Origin: Tubulanus polymorphus
Lineage: Eukaryota > Animalia > Nemertea
Assembly: GCF_964204645.1 (NCBI RefSeq)
Contig: NC_134028.1
Location: 12,013,263-12,077,262 of the forward strand
Length of the DNA: 64,000 bases
Reading direction: 5' to 3'
The notes under the pieces were generated by a model, which searched no databases, was not told the origin of the DNA, and saw only the letters and a program-made list of their open reading frames with translations. Position 1 is the first letter of the stretch. Each line of letters opens with the position of its first letter. This document shows positions 1 to 11,674 of this stretch, one piece after another. The position numbers and the translations under genes were made by a program.

Positions 1-942
1 ATTTGAATTGGTCAACAATTGCAGCCTCTAGTAATAATTTGAAAACGACCCGATTTTAAATAGGGTTCTCACGCAAGGGATATCCTACTTGTGTACCAAG
101 TTTGAAGTTAATCGGTCAACAATTCCTGCCACTAGGCTATTAATGGAGTTTTTCATGTCGGCCCCCTGGTGGGAATTATTCGAATCAAATTGACCCAATT
201 TTAAATTGGATTCGGGGCGACGTGATACCCTACTTGTGTACCTAGTTTGAAATGAATCGGTCACCAATTGCAGCCTCTAGGCTGTTAACATCGTTGTTCA
301 TGTTGGCACCCTGGTTGCCAGAATTTGAATCGAATCAACCCAATTTTATCAGGCTTTTGGCCCAAGCGTTATCCTACTTGTGTACCAAATTTAAAATGAG
401 TGGGTCAGCAATTGCGGCTTTTAGCCTGTTAACGTTGTTTTTCGAGTCGGCCCCCTGGTTGCCAGAATTTGAATCGAATCAACCCAATGTTAAATAGGGT
501 TCTGGTCCAAGTGTTATCCTACTTGTGTACCAAGTTTGAAAACAATCGGTCAACAATTGCGGCCTCTAGGAAGTTAACGTCACATTCAGCGGTGGCGACA
601 TATTCAGACAGAGGTAAATCTATATGCCCCCTCTCAACTTAAGTTGAGCCAGGGGCATAAAAAACGGTCAATAATTACGGCCTCTAGACTGTTAACATTA
701 TTTTTTATGTCGGCCCCCTGGTGGCCATTATTTGAATCGAATCGACCCAATTTTAAATAGGGTTCTGGCCCAGGTAATATCCAACATGGTACCAAGTTTG
801 AAATGAATCGGTCACCAATTGCGGCCTCTAGGCTGTTAATGTCGCTTTTCATGTCAGCCCCTTGGTGCTTGAGGCGGCGGCGTACTCAGGCAGGGGTAAA
901 TCTATATGCCCCTCTCAACTTAAGTTGAGCTGGGGGCACAAA
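1..942 (+). repeat. ~145 bp tandem array ending in hairpins; Helentron/pearl-like non-autonomous element end
   Basis: cctacttgtgtacc(a/t)a recurs at about 84, 229, 373 and 518, with a variant at 781. Two hairpins tgcccc..ctcaacttaagttgag..ggggca lie at about 625-658 and 906-938, each followed by an A-rich tract. Confidence 0.7.
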
Positions 943-1549
943 TATGATATTGTTCAACTAACTGTTTGAAGCTCCCGGCCAAATCAGTGGGAGTAATGAA
1001 TTTATTTGTACTTGATTTCATTCTCATGGCGAGGAGACACTCGCAGCAGATCCCCGGCACAACGATGTAGAAATACACGTCGATTCATTGATGTTTACAG
1101 CTTGACATTGCTTTTAAAATATAAAGTAGTGAATATTCTGTGGATCGGTAATATGTACGGATGAAGAATGGGTTATTGCTTAAGTTACTCTTTGAAGGCT
1201 GTGGCCGAGAAAACTTTTCGTTCTGACAAAAAATTTGTTGAGCGAAACTAATTTTGGTCGAACAATAGTTCGAATGAAAACAATTCTTTTCGATCGAACA
1301 ACATGCATTTAGTTTGAATGAAAAACATTTCGAATTTTCCCAAAAAAAAGTTTCCTTCGAAACAAATCAATTTTGTTCGATCGAATAAAATTTTTTTTCA
1401 GTTCGAACGAAAAACATTTTTTTCTGGCAAAAAATTTGTTCGAACGAAAAAGATGTTCAAATGATAAAGAGATCTTATCATCCAGGGCTCCATAGTAACT
1501 AAAGTCATTAGGAATTTTTAAAATACCAGTTTCATTAATGATGAAAAAA

Positions 1550-3000
1550 CTCAAATGAAATCTCTGGTTTATGAAGCTGCCTCCTCAGACGAATGCTAAC
1601 AGCTTTAAAAAAAAATCTTCATTTTAACCAATGTAGGCCTACATATGCGTGTAGGCCTTGTAGGCCTACATATATACGTAGACCTCTGGACAGAGGAGGC
1701 TTAGGCGTATTGCCCTTTAACCATCTTAAACATCCTATTCCTACACCTTCACATTCCTACAGGGTTAGGTCTCATGGTGTATTCGGTTTGTAAATTCAAT
1801 TTGATTTTCGGATGAAGAAACCAATCTTTTATACTATGTGTCTCGTAGTACAAATTTTGTTTGAAGTTCAATCAATGTGTCCGTAAATAAACACAACAAT
1901 TTTACTGTGTTTGTTTGAAACACAAAGCACGTGGGCCTAACACAAAGCATCTGGTACAACTTAATAAACACTTCAAGCAGCTGAGATCAGGGGCGGATCC
2001 AGGGGGATGGGTAGACAGTATTGGAAAGAAATTTAAGGGCACTTTCTGATCTTAGGGCACACCCAGTATCCAGGTCAATGCGAGCGCCGAAGTCTTTCGT
2101 GGGGGGGGGGGGTCTGGCCATGCCCCAGAAAATTTTGAAAATATGGTACCATTTAAAGGCTTTTAGAGGGCTTCTAGAGACTAGCAGAGCAATCCAGAAT
2201 AAACGAATCCGAGACAAGATTTCAACAAATGAAGCTGGCGAACCCATGAAAGAATGGTTGTCGCCAACTTCAACACCCATGAAAATTACTGGCATTGGTT
2301 TTTATATTTTCCCTAGTGCCCCTATAACCTTTAAATGTGCTCCTTAACAATTATACAGAATACGGCTAAGTGCCCCTTCATTGTTAACAATCGGCAAAAA
2401 TTGCCTCGTCTTCACATTTATCCGTATGTCGTGTGCCGTATTCCAAACCAAAAGTGCCCCTAAAATTTGAAAAATTAGGCAAAAAAGTGCCTTTTTCTTC
2501 AGCATTCACCATGGATTAAAGCCTGAGCGTGCCCCTTGAAAAAGCAAAGTGCCCTTTTTTCAACATTCTCCGCGTATAGTGCCCTCTTCTAAAGTACGGG
2601 TGCCCCTTTAGACCTCCCTGAAAAGGCAAGGACGAGGTGCCCTCATCTAAAGCATGAGTGCCCCTTGAAAAAGGAAAGTGCCCTTTTTAATTTATCATGA
2701 TTAAAGGCCTTACCGGGTATATCAAATATGATTATCTCTCATCACTTTCTCAGCAGCAGTATTTACCAATTAATTTTATAATTATGCCCGGATTAAGGAC
2801 ACAGAATTAGCGGTTGCTGAAATAATGCCGTCAAAAATATTGCCGGTGAAATTTCGAAGGGCACTTAAAAATTCTAGACCGTATTGGGCAATACGGCTAA
2901 TACGGTCTGGATCCGCCCCTGGAGAAACAATCTTCCCTCACCTGCATTATCGGAACACTGAATCCAAATATGAAGCTTGAGTCCAGCTTATGGATGATAA
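1550..3000 (+). repeat. Dispersed repeat; second copy at ~29490-30020; this copy is interrupted by a MITE
   Basis: ctctggtttat...aaacacttcaagcag and then aaatccaaatat.aagc.tgagtccagctta align with 29500-30020, where the two halves are contiguous. Confidence 0.75.
1988..2921. mobile_element. MITE with CAGGGGCGGATCCAG terminal inverted repeats
   Basis: TIR caggggcggatccag / ctggatccgcccctg; imperfect 5 bp TSD gagat/gagaa; many internal gtgccc(c/t) motifs; empty site visible in the paralog near 29943. Confidence 0.8.
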
Positions 3001-3023
3001 TATGTTATATACAGGTATTTAGT

Positions 3024-3330
3024 AAATATTACAATTTTTGGAACTAAAATTTGTATTTCCGAGTAGTACTTACCCTTTCCTTTTATGCCAATTTTTTCTA
3101 AATTTGGATTGATTGCCAATGGTCTTCTTTACGACCCGACCCTGCTGTATTGCATTTAGCCACCGGCAAAATCCGCCATCTTTTTACGCCATGGCAGACC
3201 CAAAAATACAGCTCTGCGGGGCAGGTTGGCGGGATTCCCACCATAGGAAAGGGTGAGTACTACTCGGAAAAACAAAATTTAGTTCCAAATTTTAATATTT
3301 CCGTCGAGTACTGTATCCATTCCTATGGTT
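3024..3330. repeat. DIRS right ITR and internal complementary region (ICR)
   Basis: 3040-3081 ggaactaaaatttgtatttccgagtagtacttaccctttcct is the near reverse complement of 3245-3286. A third related copy lies at 3298-3328 (tttccgtcgagtactgtatccattcctatgg). Confidence 0.8.
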
Positions 3331-3480
3331 TTTGCTAGACTAGCCTAGCACAAGGATGGTGGGAAAGGTAGATAGAAAAACCACCGCTCAAACGCAAGGT
3401 AAGAGGGAAAAAAGAGAGCACCTACCCAAGCACGTAACATCCTGTCCGGAAGACCAGGCTCCACTCGATGTTTTAGGGCT

Positions 3481-4086
3481 TCAATTCACCATTTGACGAC
3501 CGACCGAGCCTGGCCGTTGATTCTTTGCCAAAAACTCGAAAGCAGGCTGCAGCAAAACAAATTCCTTGCTGACCCGAAGACAATATGACCTTGTCAACTG
3601 AAAGTGCATGAATCTCAGAACGACGGGCCAAGCAAGCCAAGAACAACAAGAATACAGTCTTTTTTTTGGCAAATTTGCAAATGATGCTGAAAGAGGTTCA
3701 ACTGGAGCCCCCATTAACTTCTTCAAAATTATTGACAGATCCCATGGTGGAACTATCCTCGATACCCGAGGCCAGGAAACAGAAAACCCTGCAACTTGCT
3801 GGGATATCCAATGATCCTCCTTTACATTTGGCCTTCCAGAAGCACGCAATGTATGGGAAATCGGGGGGCGGTAACCTTTAATAGTTATAACCTGCAGACC
3901 TTTTACTACAAATAGATGCAGTAAAAAATCTGCCAATTGAGCTACGGAGTGTGAGCATGGATCAATATCCCCTGTAGCACACCAATCTGCAAAATGACCC
4001 CATTTGGCGTCGTAAATGGTACTTGATGGCCGCTTAGATCCCGCGATAAAGGAGGCAGCCTCTTCCGAAAAGCCTGAAGCTGACAA
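3481..4086 (-). pseudogene. DIRS tyrosine recombinase, N-terminal part, frameshifted, catalytic end not seen
   Basis: SAM-like integrase N-terminal motifs and FLAKNQ are present; no H-x-x-R/Y region is found before the 3' UTR. Confidence 0.75.
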
Positions 4087-7000
4087 GGATCACTGGACAA
4101 TGGCCAGGCAAGCAGATTTAACCACTGGCTGTTGGGATGATGCCGAAAGTTCCAGAAAGAGACAGAATGGATGGGAAATTCGGAAGAATCCTGGGGTTGT
4201 CGCACAAAAGGTTGGGAAGTAGAAGGAACCATTTCTGCGCAAGCCAACATGGTGCTACCAGAACTATGTTGCAATTGACTGATCTCTCCATTTGATCCAG
4301 CAAGCATGGGAGGACTGGTGTGGGTGGGAATACATACGCACGCATCCCCGACCTATCCAGAGGGAAGGCGTTGACCCCCATGCCTCCGTGTCTGGAAACG
4401 GGGAAACAAACAGTGGACACCTCCGATTGAACCGGGTGGCAAACAGGTCCAGCAGTGGATTGTCCAACATGTCTCGAACCCCATTGGCTACTTCTTGGTG
4501 GAGAACCCATTCAATCGCAATAGCTGACCTCGACGAGAAAGAGCATCGGCCATCATGTTCCTTTTCCCTGCTAAAGGCGCCACAGTCAGGGAAACGCCCT
4601 TTGCCTGGCACCAAAGGAGAATTTTGGCCGACAGATCCGTGAGGGTTTCTGAGTGTGCGCCCCCTTGATTCTGAAGATTAGCGTTCACTGTTGAATTGTC
4701 CGTGGCTAACCAAACATGATGGCCCTCCACTCTCCAGCGAAAGAACTTCAGAGTTCACTTTCACACGGCCAGCATTTCCAGGAAATTTATGAATACACGA
4801 ACTGGAGCCTCCAACGGGGCCAATGAAATCCCACGACGAAGATTCGTAGTTGTCGCCCACCAATTAAGATCTGGACATAGATCGGTTGGAGGTACAGGAA
4901 TCCAGGTCTCCCAGTTGCCCTTCAACTGAGACCAGAAGACCTTCCAATATTGTTGCAAGCGCCTGCTTCTGAGACGGCCTAAGGGCACCACTAGACCCAT
5001 GGAGCTGATGGAGCCTAGAAGCCGTGACCAGTAACGAGCTGTTCTCCGGGTTGTGGTGACCAGTAACCATCAGTTCTCGGGGTTGAGGACACTAACGCTA
5101 CAGCTTCTTGAAGTTACTAACGCTACTCGAGCCATGGATGGAAAGACTTTGCCGATTTGGAGATCGAAGTCCATGCCGAGATAAGTGAACTGTTGGGCCG
5201 GCGTCAACTGATATTTTCCCCTGTTTACGTATTTTCCCCTGTTTACCCTAGCTGATGGACTAAGTCCACAACTGAGGTCATTGCCTCTTGACATTTGCGA
5301 CTGACTATTAACCAGTTGACGAGGTAAATGAACAGTCGAACACCCCTGGACTGAAGTCCCTTCTGAACGGACTTGACCAACTTCGTGAAAACTCATGGGC
5401 TGTACTGAGGCAAAATGGAAGAGGCCTGAACTGGAACTGGCAGCCTTTATCCTGAGAAATTGCCGAGATTTTGGGTGAATTGGAACCTAAAAAAAGCATC
5501 TTTCAGGTCCAATGAAGCTGCCCATTGACCCGACGGAGCCCTTGAATCACGTCTTTTGGTTTGGTCATCTGGAACCTTGGAATGTCTAGGTGCCAATTGA
5601 GGGATGACAGATCTATCACTGTCCGTTGACCCCCTGTGGCCTTCGGTAGCATGAATATTTGAGAAAACCAGCCGGGAGAAGTTTCATTGCAAACTGGTTC
5701 TAACGCTCCCTTCTCGGCCAATCGTTCCCTTCTCGGCCCATTCCTCGAGAGCCGGAGAGATTAAGGCCTCCTGACCTGGTTTTGGCCGCATGTTGGGAGG
5801 TGACCTCCTCAGGCGGGGTCGCTTTAGGAAACGGAGACGGTAGCCACATGAGACGACCCGGGAGGGCCAACCGTCTTCGAACCAGTGTGTGGCTGCCTGC
5901 TGCTCTCCCACTGGTCAAGAGAATTCATTTCAAGTTTTTCCGAAAGGAAGAGCCCCTTCTCGGAGCCTTCCCCTTGCCCTGATACGAATCGGAACTGTCA
6001 TGACCGGACAAGGCTTGACACGATTGTTGGAGCTGTGAGCTAGTTCTCAAACCAGCATCTGAGGCCGCCTGAGTCCGTGCCGAGCCTTGCGCCGCTAGTG
6101 CTGAACCAGAACGCTTTTCCACAGAGTTTGGACGGTGGACTTGGTATTGACCTCCCAAATCTTCCTCAGCTCGGCGGAAACACAAGCACACCACCCGGAG
6201 AAGAGACCGGAAGACGTCCCCAATGGAGCTCTCAGTAATGAATTGGACGCCATATCTGGTAAACGAGTTTTGGAACTTGAGTCCATAACTGACTGACGGG
6301 AGGCTAAAACAAGATTAGCCTGACCCCGAACCAACAACGGAATGATGAAATAACGGAATGATGAAATAGACCGAGCCATAGATCGGATAATCCGGTCCAT
6401 TCCCTATAGTTTTAGGGCAACTAACTCTGGGTCGGAGCCCCCATGGACAGCGGTGAAAGTTTCGCGAAGCTCGCCCGTCAATACCTTAAGAGCCATAACC
6501 TGAAACGTACCAAACCTGGTAAGTTTGTCCAGGATTGACGTCATGGCCACCAAACCAGACTTAGGCAACCGAATACCCGACTGCGCTGAACCAGTATCCG
6601 GGCTGATCAAAGTATCATCAGCATCCAGGCAGCTATGACTATCAACCACAGCACCTGGAGTTGCATAATGCCTCGAGCGAAATGCGCCTATAGGCAGATA
6701 GGTTGAACTAAAATATTTTCCAGATTTCATACCTCGTTCTGGAGGGGGAAACAAAACGTTCCGGGGCGACATTCACCCCATAATTGCATATCTAATCTAG
6801 CCTATTCTCTTGAAACCGCTAACACTTCGCGTAAAACATTAAGATCAGAGTCCGAATTGAGCCCGAACCGGACCGGACTGGTGCTGGCCGGCTTGTGCCA
6901 GTAGCTCAACTACAGCGGCTGCACGCTCGGTTCAGATCCTGTAGTCTGAACCAGCTGAACCGGTGATCGACCAGTGACCGGTGATTGACCGGAAACTGCT

Positions 7001-8031
7001 GCCGGAGAACTAGCGTTCCTCCCCGGTGAACGGAGTTGGGAAGCCGACCGTGCAAGTACAGTCGGCGACCGCTCTGCTATACGATTTGAAATATATGAGG
7101 AGAACTATACGCGAACTATACGAGGAGAACTCGTAGCAGATCCACAGAACGGCGATGTAAATACACCTGTGATTCATAAATCTTTACAGCTTAACAGTGC
7201 TTATGATATTTGGAGTAGTTCATATCCTGTGGATCGGGAAAGTGTTATGACGAAGACCACTCCTGAATTTGAAGTTTTGCAGCAATGAATTTGTTTATTT
7301 ATACTTGCATTGATAATCGAATTGATGAGCAGCCCGCAGTGGATTTCCGGATGACGATTCTGAATAACATGTCGCCTCGTTGTATGGGGCTAAATTTTCG
7401 ATGTTTACGGCCCGAAAGAGCCGTAAAGACCCGAGAAGAGGTAACGTTGATTCATTAAAGTATGCACGAAGTATTTGTAGGTCAAATTGAGCTGAAGGAT
7501 ATCATACGGATTGTATCGGCAACAGCGGCAAGGTAACAAAGCCTAAGTTCATCTAGTGAAAATAGTGTGGAATAAAATAATGATAATAAGAAACATGCGA
7601 ATATCAATAGGGTTTTCTGTGAAGTAACAGAAAACCCTAAATATATTTTTGGTTAATTAGCTCAATTCGCTCATTAGTAGTGAAATTACAGGCTACTGAA
7701 ATTGCGTTTGATTGCGCTAAAATGGCTTTGAGTATAGAGTATTAAGCATAGGAATGATTATTGATCGGCCAGACCGTTAACATAGACTCACTAATGCAAG
7801 CCAAAAATAAGCAACGGATTCCGATGAAATTCAATAGGGTTAGAGATTTCATTTCTGCATAGCATGTTTTGAATGTTCCGAAAAGAAACTTAGCCTCGTT
7901 TGGAAGTTGTTTTGTACCAAAGAAAGTTTCAGATGCGATAGCAAAATGGACTTTGCTAAAGCAGAAGTCCATAAAAAATAATTTCATTTCGGTAGGGAAG
8001 TTATATGTGCACAGGAGCAGAGAATACTTAC

Positions 8032-8209
8032 TTATCTAGAGTTCGGACATCATCTTCACAACCCGGTAAATGCGTCAAATCACATGGATTGGCATCAATC
8101 AGCGATAATGACAAGGGCAATTTAATTCCATTTTTTCCAATTACTTCCAATCCTGTCAAACCAAGGTAATGCATGTCTCCCCATGTATCAGTGAAATTCA
8201 ATTTCAAAC
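8032..8209 (-). CDS. KATNIP: Internal coding exon of KATNIP/KIAA0556-like gene (DUF4457-type repeat)
   Basis: Minus-strand acceptor tctatttacAG before 8209 and donor GTAAGT after 8032. Encodes (R)LKLNFTDTWGDMHYLGLTGLEVIGKNGIKLPLSLSLIDANPCDLTHLPGCEDDVRTLDK, matching the remembered KIAA0556 motif LNFT..WGD.HYLGLTGLEV...P.DL..LP...DD.RTLDK. Its phase 1 start fits the exon ending at 29081. Confidence 0.88.
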
Positions 8210-8382
8210 CTGTAAATAGATTAAATATCCAAGACTCATTGGTACGTGACACCATGCCCACTTGGGAAGTATAATATGGAAATAATAAACTATTCTTCTA
8301 TTCAATGAATGCCCTCTGGTAACCAAATACAATAAAGGACCAATGGTCCAGTGGCTCGCAAAACCATAGTGTGAAGTAAATA

Positions 8383-9995
8383 AATTGCCCATGGGCAAAG
8401 TGTGGTTTACCTTGAAAGCTAGATGTTGTTTGGAATAAGTGCATTGCTTGAAAAACCTTTTTAATTCGTGAATTCAAATTTCCACAAGTTTATACTGTAT
8501 CTTATCTTTTTTAAAGAATTATTTTGTAGCCAAATAAGACTAGAAAGATACATTTGTTTACGGTCCACGTCCAAAATTTTGTAGGGTACAGGTAGGTGCG
8601 GCAGGGAAACTATTTTATATTTTCAAAAAAATATGTTTCACAATATGAAAAAATATTCAAATAAGGCCATCCCAAAATAATTGCCGTAACACCGACTCAA
8701 CTCAGGATGAGTCAGTAGGTAGGTAGAAATTTTTTTTTTGCAAAATTTTTGGGCAAAAAAACCCAATTTTTCACCTTTGGGCTTTTTTACATGGAAACAA
8801 TATCGCCAGAAATCATCAACGTTGTGCACGGGAAATTTGTCTTATAGCGTAGAATTCAAGAATTATTCTAAAATTATAACTTCGTCTAGAGCGTCATCTC
8901 TGTGTCAAAAATGACACAGTACATTGAATATGTGCACGCTTTAACGTGACCAGCTTTAAACTAAAGTCACTATTAGAATGAATGGCAGCTTATTGGAACA
9001 CTGCCAGTTTCCTGGAAAACTTAAACTAGGCCACATTTCAAGGCATGTTTTTCACACGATGCACACTTGAATTCAAACATACGTAGCTCATACGTTGGCA
9101 GTGGGTCAGTCGGTCGGCCGTTTTTATCAAAAATAAAATTTATTTCAATAAATCCCAGAAAAAAGTTTTCACTCGGTACCTTTGAAGTCAGGTCGGTCGG
9201 GTTACGGCAAACAGACCATTATTTTGGGATGGCCTAAAATTCATATGATGTCACATATCAGAGGGTGGCTGAATATTGGGTCTTGGAAACCTCTTCCAAT
9301 GTTGGCCGTGGAAGCTAAAATACCCGTACAGAAGAAATTGGCTATTAGATCGTTTTAAATCCTGGAATTTACCACTACAATATTCAGACCTTGACAGACT
9401 TTATAGTTTGCTGCTTAGTATTATCAGGTCACAAGAAATTACAATTTATTACAAATTCTATCGAACAGAAAACACAGCGCTCATCTTCTGCTACGATTAT
9501 TCAGCCTATTTTCATGTCGAACGTGCACGCGTTACAGCATCACCCGTAGTAGTGTACTGTACGAGCTTGTGTGTGTGGTGTAGCACTCAGCGCGCACGTG
9601 GAGGCTGTGTGTAAGTGAATATTCGCTTACACCTCAATGTCAATCAAAACAATCATCAGGTATTAAAATGAAACAATACCTATGGCGGATGTCTGAAATA
9701 ATTACATCCTTACCAGCAATGAGCATTTGAAATTCGCTCGTATACGGCACCTAGTCCAATGAAACGTACGCCATTCTATGGCTTTCCCATAATTATTTTA
9801 GTAGCGCCGGGATTTCCCGTATATCCCAAAAACAGCCAATCCCATTCGCTCGTAGAGACAACGCCCACAAATCGAGGTCATGTTTACGCCGAGAACAAAT
9901 GAAACGAATGCTCACATAAAAAAAAATGTACCACGATTTTACATGAATTGGCCCAAAGCCAACATCATATCGCTGACAAATTTAAACCAAAAATG
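8383..9995 (+). repeat. Dispersed repeat family; other copies at ~13269-14450 and partial at ~45960-46175
   Basis: All three copies start aattgcccatgggcaaagtgtggtttaccttg; the first two stay collinear for over 1 kb. Confidence 0.85.
8665..9234. mobile_element. PIF/Harbinger-like MITE
   Basis: TIR ggccatcccaaaataat / attattttgggatggcc; TAA duplicated at 8662-8664 and 9235-9237; the paralog at ~13551 shows the empty site caaaTAAaattcatatg. Confidence 0.88.
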
Positions 9996-11674
9996 AGTCA
10001 CGTATTCTACATGACACATCATAAACCACCTATAATAGGCTACTAGTACGGAAAAAATTCATTTCATTGAAAATTAAATAAGAAAATTTATATATACGAT
10101 ATTGCCTATGCCACTGTACACGACTGTTTTCCACGCGAACGCTCATCACTACTATGCCGCGATTAACAAACTAATACAAAGAATCAGTCTCCAAAACGGA
10201 TTGTTAATGCGAACGTCGATAAAATGACTTACATTAATGATGACAAAACAATTATTCCAGTCGTGTAACTATATTAGACTCATCTTAAAATTTTTAATGC
10301 TATCAATTGATCAGTATCATCAGTAAATCAGGCGTGTGTGGCAAACACAGAAGTAAATTTCCGCAAATTGAAACCAGAACTTTGTCAGATACCTTGATGC
10401 AACGTTACCTTATGCACGGGATTTCAAAACTAGATGAATCATTGAACATATCGCACACAATAAATCGTTAAAAAAAATATCATACGCCTTGAGTATCAGT
10501 ATTCGCGCTAGAAATGATGAATATGAACCTCTTCAATTGTGCAGCCATTTTGTTTAGCACCTGCTGATCCACCTCATTTACATATTCAACGAATGCGATG
10601 ATGTAATGACGGAGTTCGAACTGGGTCAACACAAATTATACATAACTTGAGATTTTGGAGGGGTTTTTCCTTTGAAAGCCCATAACTACTGAACAAAGCA
10701 TCGAATCTTGGCGATATAAAGTTCTTCCGACGCAAATAGCATTGAATTTTCACATGTGTTATTTTGGACAATTAAAGATGCTGCATGAATAAAACGTGCT
10801 AGAATAAATCGATTTTTTGACACTTTTTGGTTAATTTCTCATATAATAATGAAACCCACGGCTTTCAACTTTGCGCACCATAAAGAAAACAGGCTACTGA
10901 AATTGCGTTTGAGTGTGCTAACAATAGCTTTGAGCGCAGTGTATTAAGCATATGAATGATTATCGATTGGCCAGACCATTGACATAGGCTCGCTAACATG
11001 AGCCAAAAAACAATACCGAAACTCACCACAATTATAGAACATGTTTATCCTACTATTCAACGCCCCCTGATGACCATATACAATATCCAATGACCTTGAA
11101 ACTCAGCAAAATCATAAAATATGTCAAGAACTACAACCTTGCAATCGATCGTGGTTACAAAATATGCATAATTTAACATGGAATAAGAGCCCCAAGGGCA
11201 CTATGGCCAGCCTGTCAGCTTTCCGAAAAGTGGCAAATGATGTATTCTGTGGGTTATATTTATCAAAATACACTCCCAGCTCAAAGTCAATGCCTATCAT
11301 TTAAACAGTACAATCGTATTTTCATAAGTAGCACAGACAGCTGGAGCTGGGACTGGAGCTGGCAGGAACCTCAGATAAATCTTTTTCCCTTGGTCTTATT
11401 GATTTGAATGCGCAAAATAGAATTGAATTTTCTGAAATTTGTTCAATAAAACAAAATTGGATTGGATTTGATATTTTGTTTGTTCAATAAAAATTGAATT
11501 TGATCTGATATTTTTGCCGAATAAAATTTGATTGAATTTGCAGTTTGAGCACATGGCTAATTAGTATATCAAGGTCATCCATCCGATTTGAAAAAAGCTG
11601 TTTTTCCCAGACTGCATTGTCAATGATATTGTCAATTGCCCAGAATTGTCAATGATATTTTCTGTAGTACAAAT

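Larger units (their letters stand above)
3024..7100 (-). mobile_element. Degenerate DIRS1-type tyrosine-recombinase retrotransposon, 5' end missing
   Basis: Frameshifted minus-strand domains in DIRS order: gag-like (~6095-6800), RT (FSQIFMLPKATGGQRTVIDLSSLN; QFRPLPFCLSTA; TYLGMDFD), RNase H (VWLATDNSTVNANLQNQGG; GKRNMMADALSR), MTase-like (DLFATRFN; AYVFPP; LVAPCW) and YR N-terminus (YDAKWGHFADWC; TIKGYR; PPWDL). The 3' inverted-repeat structure is at 3024-3330. The 7100 boundary is approximate. Confidence 0.9.

Noticed and set aside
85-852. Short ORFs with internal repeats
   Set aside because: Translations of the ~145 bp tandem unit.
1210-1460. Cluster of ttcga/cgaa plus A/T-run motifs
   Set aside because: Probably a subterminal array of a decayed element, but I could not define ends or a period.
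8210-8261. N-terminal extension MGMVSRTNESWIFNLFT of the 77 aa ORF
   Set aside because: Lies upstream of the splice acceptor at 8210-8211 and is intronic.
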